The notes beneath the pieces were generated by a model. The model saw nothing but the letters and a program-made list of their open reading frames with translations. It was not told the origin of the DNA and searched no databases. Source: an uncultured Planctomycetaceae bacterium (GTDB lineage: Bacteria > Planctomycetota > Planctomycetia > Planctomycetales > Planctomycetaceae). Taken from it: a stretch of 64,000 bases of DNA. Each line of letters starts with the position of its first letter. The first letter of the stretch is position 1. A program made the position numbers and the translations under genes. Positions 27,893 through 32,774 of the stretch are shown piece by piece. The stretch is taken from NCBI GenBank assembly GCA_963815195.1, contig CAWFGE010000012.1, positions 544,001 to 608,000 of the forward strand, read 5' to 3'.

Positions 27893-29082
27893 TTCTCCAC
27901 GTCGATATGGATGCGTTTTATGCTTCGGTCGAAGAGCGGGAGAATCCCCGACTCGTCGGAAAGCCGTTGATCGTCGGCGGCACGCCCGCAGGACGCGGCG
28001 TCGTCGCGGCGGCCAACTATGTCGTGCGGACGTTTGGCGTCCACAGCGCCATGCCCACCCGGACGGCGCTCCGGCTTTGCCCGGAGGCGATCGTGCTCCC
28101 GCCGCGGATGGAGTATTACGCCGAGACTTCCCGGCAGATTCGCGACGTGCTCTTCCGGTATACGCCTTTCGTCGAACCGCTCTCCTTGGACGAGGCCTTC
28201 CTCGATGTGACGGCGAGCGCAAAGCTGTTCGGCTCGGGGGCCGAAATCGCCAGGCAAATCAAGCAGGATATTCTCCGGGAAACCCGCCTGGTGGCGTCCG
28301 TGGGCGTGGCTCCCAACAAGTTCCTGGCGAAGATCGCCAGCGACCTGCAAAAACCCGACGGCCTGGTTGTCGTGGAACCGGACCGGATCGCCGAGTTTCT
28401 CGACCCCTTGCCCGTGGGCCGATTGTGGGGCGTCGGCAAAGTGACCGGCAGCGTGTTCGACCGCTGGGGCATCACCACCATCGGCGAACTGCGGCGGCTC
28501 GATCCAAAGATCCTGCACCAACAGTTCGGCCAGCAGGGAGAGCATTTCGCCAAACTGGCGCGGGGACTCGATGACCGCTCGGTCGTTCCCGATCGCGAAG
28601 CCAAGTCGATTTCCCACGAGACGACATTTGCCGCGGACATCTCCAACCGCGAGGCCCTCCGAGCGTGGTTATTGGAGCTGACGGAACACGTAGCCCGGCG
28701 GATGCGGCAGCAACAGCGGCGCGGCCGGACCGTGAACCTCAAGCTCCGCTTCGCCAACTTTCGCACGATCACGCGGGCTAAGACCTTGCCCCGCAGCACA
28801 AACGTGACGCAGGAAATTTGGCAAGCGGCGAGCGAATTGTTAATGCGCCACCTGCCCGAGTCGCATGCGGGCATCCGATTGTTGGGCGTCGGCGTCAGCA
28901 ACTTTTCGGCGGGCGAGGCTGTGCAGAAATCCCTGTTTGCGGAGGAAACGCATCAAAAACAGCAGCAACTCGACGAAGTGGCCGATGCAGTGCGGGCCAA
29001 GTTCGGGAACACCGCGCTCAACCGCGGCAGCGGTTTGCTCCACAACGCCCGGCACCGCCCCGAGCCCAAACCGAACGAATAA
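27889..29082 (+). CDS. dinB: DNA polymerase IV
   Basis: ILHVDMDAFYASVE, SLDEAFLD, KFLAKIASDLQKPDG motifs. Confidence 0.96.
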   Translation: MILHVDMDAFYASVEERENPRLVGKPLIVGGTPAGRGVVAAANYVVRTFGVHSAMPTRTALRLCPEAIVLPPRMEYYAETSRQIRDVLFRYTPFVEPLSLDEAFLDVTASAKLFGSGAEIARQIKQDILRETRLVASVGVAPNKFLAKIASDLQKPDGLVVVEPDRIAEFLDPLPVGRLWGVGKVTGSVFDRWGITTIGELRRLDPKILHQQFGQQGEHFAKLARGLDDRSVVPDREAKSISHETTFAADISNREALRAWLLELTEHVARRMRQQQRRGRTVNLKLRFANFRTITRAKTLPRSTNVTQEIWQAASELLMRHLPESHAGIRLLGVGVSNFSAGEAVQKSLFAEETHQKQQQLDEVADAVRAKFGNTALNRGSGLLHNARHRPEPKPNE

Positions 29083-29171
29083 AAAACTCCTGGAAAAGGC
29101 CGAGGAAACTTAAGAATTCGCCGAATCCTGAATCACCCCAGCGCATATATTGTTCTGTCGCCCAAAACCTG

Positions 29172-29200
29172 GCGAACCATTTCGCGGGTTGTGCGTCTAA
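29172..29200 (+). promoter_or_regulatory. Putative ECF sigma promoter for the tRNA/Y-RNA/TROVE locus
   Basis: GAACC-N15-CGTCTAA ending 8 nt before tRNA-Trp; resembles the ECF -35 GAAC / -10 CGTC consensus. Confidence 0.55.
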
Positions 29201-29208
29201 CCCTTCAC

Positions 29209-29279
29209 ACGCCTCTAGTGTAATGGCAGCATGACTGGCTCCAACCCAGTTGGTCAGGGTTCAAATCCTTGGGGGCGTG
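29209..29279 (+). tRNA. tRNA-Trp(CCA)
   Basis: Acceptor ACGCCTC/GGGGCGT; ACTGG-CTCCAAC-CCAGT; T-loop TTCAAAT. Confidence 0.9.
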
Positions 29280-29307
29280 CTGGCGAACGAACCTTCGCTC
29301 GCCAAAT

Positions 29308-29378
29308 GGGCTCATCGTCCAACAGGAAGATGCCGGTGTCGCAAGCCGGAGATCCCGGTGCAATTCCGGGTGGGTCCA
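29308..29378 (+). tRNA. tRNA-Ala(CGC)
   Basis: GGGCTCA/TGGGTCC with G3:U70; CCGGT-GTCGCAA-GCCGG; atypical T-loop TGCAATT. Confidence 0.85.
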
Positions 29379-29389
29379 CTCCTCAATAC

Positions 29390-29462
29390 AGTCCTGTGGC
29401 CTAGCGGCGAAGGCAGCTCCCTTACAAGGAGACGAGCGGGGGTTCGAGTCCCTCCAGGACTA
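29390..29462 (+). tRNA. tRNA-Val(TAC)
   Basis: AGTCCTG/CAGGACT; loop CTTACAA; T-loop TTCGAGT. Confidence 0.9.
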
Positions 29463-29470
29463 CTCACCAC

Positions 29471-29544
29471 GCCCAGATACCCCAACCGGCAGAGCGACTC
29501 GGCTTAAAACCGAGTGTTTGCAGGTTCGATTCCTGCTCTGGGTC
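29471..29544 (+). tRNA. tRNA-Leu(TAA), short variable loop
   Basis: GCCCAGA/TCTGGGT; CTCGG-CTTAAAA-CCGAG; 5-nt variable region; discriminator appears to be C. Confidence 0.8.
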
Positions 29545-29558
29545 GTGAAGACAAACTC

Positions 29559-29632
29559 GGCTCGGTAGGCAAATGGCAGACCACCTTGGCTTAGAACTAG
29601 GGATGCTGTGGGTTCGAGTCCCACCTGAGCCA
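29559..29632 (+). tRNA. tRNA-Leu(TAG), short variable loop
   Basis: GGCTCGG/CTGAGCC; CTTGG-CTTAGAA-CTAGG; T-loop TTCGAGT. Confidence 0.87.
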
Positions 29633-29645
29633 CTCAAACAAATAC

Positions 29646-29718
29646 GCCCTCGTGGAGCAGCGGAGTGCTCGCCTGCCTGTCACGCAGGAGATCGTCGGTT
29701 CAAATCCGATCGGGGGTG
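29646..29718 (+). tRNA. tRNA-Asp(GTC)
   Basis: GCCCTCG/CGGGGGT; CCTGC-CTGTCAC-GCAGG; G73. Confidence 0.92.
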
Positions 29719-29725
29719 CTGAAAT

Positions 29726-29802
29726 GGCACGGTACGCAAATGGAAAAGCGGCGAAGCTCAAACCTTCGTGATTGTCTGTGGGTTCGACTCCCTCCCGTGC
29801 TA
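29726..29802 (+). tRNA. tRNA-Leu(CAA)
   Basis: GGCACGG/CCGTGCT; CGAAG-CTCAAAC-CTTCG; reduced 9-nt variable region. Confidence 0.87.
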
Positions 29803-29815
29803 CTCAAATGATGAT

Positions 29816-29896
29816 GCGTCGGCTGGGCATTGGCGAGCCCAAGTGGCTGTAACCCACCCGCCTATCGCTGTGGCGGTTCGACTCCGTCCCGACGCA
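29816..29896 (+). tRNA. tRNA-Tyr(GTA)
   Basis: GCGTCGG/CCGACGC; loop CTGTAAC; 13-nt variable arm. Confidence 0.88.
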
Positions 29897-29904
29897 CTCA
29901 AAAA

Positions 29905-29977
29905 GGCCCGTTCGTCTATCGGTTAAGGACACCAGCCTCTCACGCTGGAAAGATGGGTTCGATTCCCGTACGGGTCA
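29905..29977 (+). tRNA. tRNA-Glu(CTC)
   Basis: GGCCCGT/ACGGGTC; CCAGC-CTCTCAC-GCTGG. Confidence 0.92.
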
Positions 29978-29984
29978 CTGACTT

Positions 29985-30054
29985 TGCAGGTGCGGCAGGT
30001 GCCCAATCGGCTTTCATAAGGCCGGTGTGCTCGGCTCGATACCGGGACCTGCAA
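29985..30054 (+). tRNA. Atypical tRNA(CAT) (Met or Ile2), reduced D-arm
   Basis: TGCAGGT/ACCTGCA; CGGCT-TTCATAA-GGCCG; T-loop CTCGATA. Confidence 0.7.
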
Positions 30055-30069
30055 CTTATCCAACATTGA

Positions 30070-30138
30070 CGCGGGTGAGCCAGTGCTCATTCAGGCCTCA
30101 TAAGCCAGAACAGCCGGGTGCGACTCCCGGACCCGCTA
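30070..30138 (+). tRNA. Atypical initiator-like tRNA(CAT)
   Basis: CGCGGGT/ACCCGCT with C1xU72 mismatch; loop CTCATAA; 4-nt D-loop; T-loop TGCGACT. Confidence 0.7.
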
Positions 30139-30146
30139 CTTGTCCA

Positions 30147-30221
30147 GGCCGGGTACGCAAACCGGAAAAGCGGGCAGGTCGAGAACGTGCGATTCTGTGG
30201 GTTCGACTCCCACTCTGGTCA
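30147..30221 (+). tRNA. tRNA-Leu(GAG), short variable loop, C33
   Basis: GGCCGGG/TCTGGTC; loop TCGAGAA; one G.G mismatch in the anticodon stem. Confidence 0.75.
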
Positions 30222-30228
30222 CTCGAAT

Positions 30229-30301
30229 GATCCCGTGGTCCAGTGGCGAAGACGCCTGGATGACACCCAGGAGATCGGTAGTTCGATTCTACCCGGGATC
30301 A
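30229..30301 (+). tRNA. tRNA-Val(GAC)
   Basis: GATCCCG/CGGGATC; CCTGG-ATGACAC-CCAGG. Confidence 0.9.
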
Positions 30302-30313
30302 CTTGCGACAACT

Positions 30314-30384
30314 GGTCTGTAGGTGTTGTGGCCGCACGCCGCTGTGGTAAGGCGGAAGACCGGGTTCAATCCCCGGACGGACCT
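30314..30384 (+). tRNA. tRNA-Thr(GGT)
   Basis: GGTCTGT/ACGGACC; CCGCT-GTGGTAA-GGCGG. Confidence 0.85.
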
Positions 30385-30394
30385 CTCGACAAAT

Positions 30395-30485
30395 GGGCCT
30401 GCATGCCGATGGAGGCGACTGATCCTTGCAAGATCGGTGGACCACCCCAAGGGGCGGTGCCCCGGTTCAACTCCGATCAGGTCCA
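30395..30485 (+). tRNA. tRNA-Ala(TGC) with an inserted hairpin in the variable region
   Basis: GGGCCTG/CAGGTCC with G3:U70; TGATC-CTTGCAA-GATCG; ~23-nt variable region; imperfect T-stem. Confidence 0.7.
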
Positions 30486-30496
30486 CTGAAGGAAAC

Positions 30497-30567
30497 GGGC
30501 TGATGGTCCAAGGGGAAGACACCGCCCTGGCGTGGCGGAAATCCGAGTTCGACTCTCGGTCAGTCCA
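30497..30567 (+). tRNA. tRNA-Ala(GGC)
   Basis: GGGCTGA/TCAGTCC with G3:U70; CCGCC-CTGGCGT-GGCGG. Confidence 0.87.
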
Positions 30568-30576
30568 CTCACATAC

Positions 30577-30664
30577 GGAAGGTAACCGAATTGGCTTAGG
30601 AAACTGGGTGCTAACCAGTCGCCCTGGAACTGGGGTTGGATGGGTTCGATTCCCCCACCTTCCG
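30577..30664 (+). tRNA. tRNA-Ser(GCT)
   Basis: GGAAGGT/ACCTTCC, G73; ACTGG-GTGCTAA-CCAGT; long variable arm. Confidence 0.82.
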
Positions 30665-30669
30665 CTTAT

Positions 30670-30741
30670 GGCTCGATGGTGAAACGGACATCATGTCTCG
30701 CTTCTAACGAGATGTTCCAGGTTCAAATCCTGGTCGAGCTA
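30670..30741 (+). tRNA. tRNA-Arg(TCT)
   Basis: GGCTCGA/TCGAGCT; TCTCG-CTTCTAA-CGAGA. Confidence 0.9.
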
Positions 30742-30775
30742 TTCCACATCACTGTGGAGGAAAAACTATCAACAT

Positions 30776-30849
30776 GGTGTCCGTGGTGTATGCGGTAGGC
30801 ACGCCTGCCTGTGAAGCAGGAAGTGAGGGTTCAACTCCCTTCGGTCACC
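30776..30849 (+). tRNA. tRNA-His(GTG)
   Basis: G-1:C73 pair; CCTGC-CTGTGAA-GCAGG. Confidence 0.9.
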
Positions 30850-30864
30850 CTTCGACAACGTCAT

Positions 30865-30938
30865 GCCGACGTGGCTCGACTAAGAAAGGCGCCGCTCTTG
30901 TAAAGCGGCTTATGCTGGTGCAAATCCAGTCGTCGGCT
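30865..30938 (+). tRNA. tRNA-Thr(TGT)
   Basis: GCCGACG/CGTCGGC; CCGCT-CTTGTAA-AGCGG; D-loop lacks GG; T-loop TGCAAAT. Confidence 0.82.
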
Positions 30939-31023
30939 CTTTTTGGTTTTGGTGGCTGAAATGTCGATTCACCATTATTCGCTTACGCGGCGCTGAGCTA
31001 TGTTCTGTCATGTGATTGAAAAA

Positions 31024-31095
31024 GTCCCGATGGTGTAACGGACAACACGAGACTTTCCTAAAGTTTCGATCCTGGTTCGATTCCAGGTCGGGATA
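31024..31095 (+). tRNA. tRNA-Arg(CCT)
   Basis: GTCCCGA/TCGGGAT; AGACT-TTCCTAA-AGTTT. Confidence 0.87.
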
Positions 31096-31106
31096 CTCAA
31101 CAACTG

Positions 31107-31177
31107 GCCTTGCGAGTGTGAGGGACGCACGGCGGTCTTCGGAACCGCAAGACGGGGTTCGACTCCCTGGCGAGGTG
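31107..31177 (+). tRNA. tRNA-Arg(TCG)
   Basis: GCCTTGC/GCGAGGT; GCGGT-CTTCGGA-ACCGC. Confidence 0.85.
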
Positions 31178-31265
31178 CTTGCAGAAGCGGAGAGCCAAGG
31201 GCGGAGAGCACAGAGCCAAACCGATTATATACCAAGCGTTCCGGCTCTCAACTCTCCGCTGTTTT

Positions 31266-31338
31266 GTCCTTGGAGTGTGCCGGATTCGCACGCGAGCCCG
31301 CGAAGCTCGCAGACCAGGTTCAATTCCTGGCGAGGACA
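31266..31338 (+). tRNA. tRNA-Arg(GCG), rare anticodon, C33
   Basis: GTCCTTG/CGAGGAC; CGAGC-CCGCGAA-GCTCG; T-loop TTCAATT. Confidence 0.8.
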
Positions 31339-31349
31339 TTTTCGATATG

Positions 31350-31421
31350 GACGCTGGAGCCGGATGGTGAGGCGGCTGCCTGCAAAGCAGCCAGAAGTGG
31401 GTTCGATTCCCACCGGCGTCT
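31350..31421 (+). tRNA. tRNA-Cys(GCA)
   Basis: GACGCTG/CGGCGTC, U73; GCTGC-CTGCAAA-GCAGC. Confidence 0.9.
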
Positions 31422-31423
31422 CT

Positions 31424-31496
31424 GACCGACCAACTGCCGGTTCGGACTACATCCTGTAAAGAGGCGTGTCTGAACTTATTCCTTCGTTGGAAGGTC
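31424..31496 (+). ncRNA. Y-RNA-like cassette A (minimal insert)
   Basis: CCAAC-TGCCG-GTTCGGAC-TACAT...GTCTGAAC-TTATTCCTTC-GTTGG closing stem shared with cassettes B-G. Confidence 0.65.
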
Positions 31497-31505
31497 GCGA
31501 TAAAA

Positions 31506-31679
31506 GCCCAACTGCCGGCTGGGAGTCCATGACGGTCCTAAGGTAGCGATGCCGGGCGACCGGCTAGTGAATGGCGCTCGAGTCTCTCCGAGATGAAGGG
31601 GCCAGTCAACAGTCAGCGATTGACTTCGCTGATACGGACGGCCGAAGCGAAAGCATCTCTTGGCCACCCTTCGTTGGGT
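31506..31679 (+). ncRNA. Y-RNA-like cassette B carrying a circularly permuted 23S rRNA H67-H71 mimic
   Basis: Shared closing stem GCCCAAC/GTTGGGT and GGCTGGGAG/CTCTTGGCC; insert contains ACGGTCCTAAGGTAGCGA, GAATGGCG and a terminal GACGGCCG. Confidence 0.7.
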
Positions 31680-31690
31680 CACAACAAAAC

Positions 31691-31800
31691 GGCGACTGCC
31701 AGTTCGGAATACATCGGCTGTCCAGTGAGTCTGGCGATCGCTTTGCGATTGGCGGGTTCGATTCCCGTACGGAATTGTTTCTGACCACAACTTCGTCGCC
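31691..31800 (+). ncRNA. Y-RNA-like cassette C (two hairpins plus a tRNA T-arm)
   Basis: GGCGAC/GTCGCC closing stem; insert CCAG-tgagt-CTGG, CGATCGC-ttt-GCGATTG, GCGGG-TTCGATT-CCCGT. Confidence 0.65.
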
Positions 31801-31810
31801 ACCAAAAAAC

Positions 31811-31946
31811 GACCGACTGCCGAATTGGAGTCCATGGCTCATAACCCGGGAGTGTGGGTTCGAATCCCACCGGCGCCACTTGAAACCGAGCGCCGTAGCT
31901 TAATGGCAGAGCACCGTAAGTCTCTGGTTCAACCACCTCGTCGGTC
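31811..31946 (+). ncRNA. YrlA-like Y RNA, cassette D (circularly permuted tRNA with CAT anticodon-loop remnant)
   Basis: GACCGAC/GTCGGTC closing stem; order CTCATAA, T-arm GTGGG-TTCGAAT-CCCAC, loop-closed acceptor CGGCGC/GCGCCG, D-arm GCTT-AATGGCA-GAGC. Confidence 0.85.
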
Positions 31947-32093
31947 ATCTTGCATTTGAGGATAAAGGATTGAGCAATGTGTGTCCGTGTGGCGAGTTAC
32001 GCGATGCTATTTACAGGCGGCCACTGATCGTCGTCTGCATCGCGTGAATCGTACCACGACCATTCCATCCTTTTTGACTCAAGCGTGAGAACT

Positions 32094-32462
32094 ATGAACA
32101 CCACGACAGAAATCTGCCCTGAAACGACGGTCGCTGCGCGGATCGCGGGTGAGGACATCGCCTGCGGTGACTTTGTCAGCGTCCTCAACGAGGTCATCGA
32201 GTTGCCTTCGTTCCTATGGAACGGCTCTGCGGTTTCGCTCACAGCGGAAGAACCCGTTCGCATCCGTTACGCGGCGAGCGACGCCGGCCAGCCTTACCAG
32301 GTGATCGGCATTTGCCTGCCCTTCGTCTATGCCAAGACGCCGGGCGGGTCTGTTGCGACCATCGACACGCGCCAGCGCCAGTTGGTGCGACTCGACGAAA
32401 ACTGCGCCCGCAGGGTTTGGCAAGAACTGACGAAACCGCGTTCCGAGAAGAAGCGAAAATAG
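32094..32462 (+). CDS. Hypothetical protein embedded in the Y-RNA cassette array
   Basis: 122-aa ORF with a plausible globular composition, co-oriented with the RNA locus; no family recognised. Confidence 0.7.
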   Translation: MNTTTEICPETTVAARIAGEDIACGDFVSVLNEVIELPSFLWNGSAVSLTAEEPVRIRYAASDAGQPYQVIGICLPFVYAKTPGGSVATIDTRQRQLVRLDENCARRVWQELTKPRSEKKRK

Positions 32463-32474
32463 ATTTTGAAAACA

Positions 32475-32620
32475 CCCGACTGCTTGCTGGAGTCCATAAA
32501 ACTGTTGTTTTCGAAAACGAAGACCGTGGGTTCGAATCCCACCAAACACTTTCCATCGAAAGTTGTTTGTGGCGGAGCGGCCAAACGCGACAGAAAACCT
32601 CTGACATACTCTTCGTCGGG
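32475..32620 (+). ncRNA. YrlA-like Y RNA, cassette E (circularly permuted class II tRNA)
   Basis: CCCGAC/GTCGGG closing stem; CTGT/ACAG anticodon stem, variable hairpin GTTTT-CG-AAAAC, T-arm, closed acceptor CAAACA/TGTTTG, D-arm GCG-GAGCGGCCAAA-CGC. Confidence 0.82.
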
Positions 32621-32637
32621 ATTTTGAAACGAAAACC

Positions 32638-32759
32638 CACTCGACTGCCGGTGTGGAGTACATGGCAAAGGATCGAAAGATCTAGCGGGTTCAAATCCCG
32701 CCCCGTCCGCTCCAAGAAAACGAACGGACGGGTTCTCTGTCCCAAAACTTCGTCGAGTG
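32638..32759 (+). ncRNA. Y-RNA-like cassette F (T-arm plus closed acceptor-like stem, no D-arm)
   Basis: CACTCGAC/GTCGAGTG closing stem; GATC-GAAA-GATC, GCGGG-TTCAAAT-CCCGC, CCCGTCCG/CGGACGGG. Confidence 0.72.
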
Positions 32760-32774
32760 TTTTTTTAAGAAAAC

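Noticed and set aside
27889..29082. dinB as part of the RNA operon
   Set aside because: It is co-oriented, but a separate promoter-like motif precedes the array; adjacency alone is insufficient.
30939..31023. Possible additional tRNA in the 85-nt gap between Thr(TGT) and Arg(CCT)
   Set aside because: No T-arm or acceptor stem could be folded.
31184..31262. Hairpin between Arg(TCG) and Arg(GCG) as another cassette
   Set aside because: It lacks the cassette motifs; AGCGGAGAG/CTCTCCGCT arms look like a REP-type insertion.
31532..31549. 23S rRNA gene or simple rRNA fragment
   Set aside because: Only short segments match, in permuted order and inside a cassette stem; there is no contiguous rRNA gene, so it is reported as a mimic.
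29250..31948. Many short ORFs in the six-frame track across the tRNA array
   Set aside because: They overlap tRNA and ncRNA genes, lack RBS or recognisable motifs, and are best explained as chance frames.
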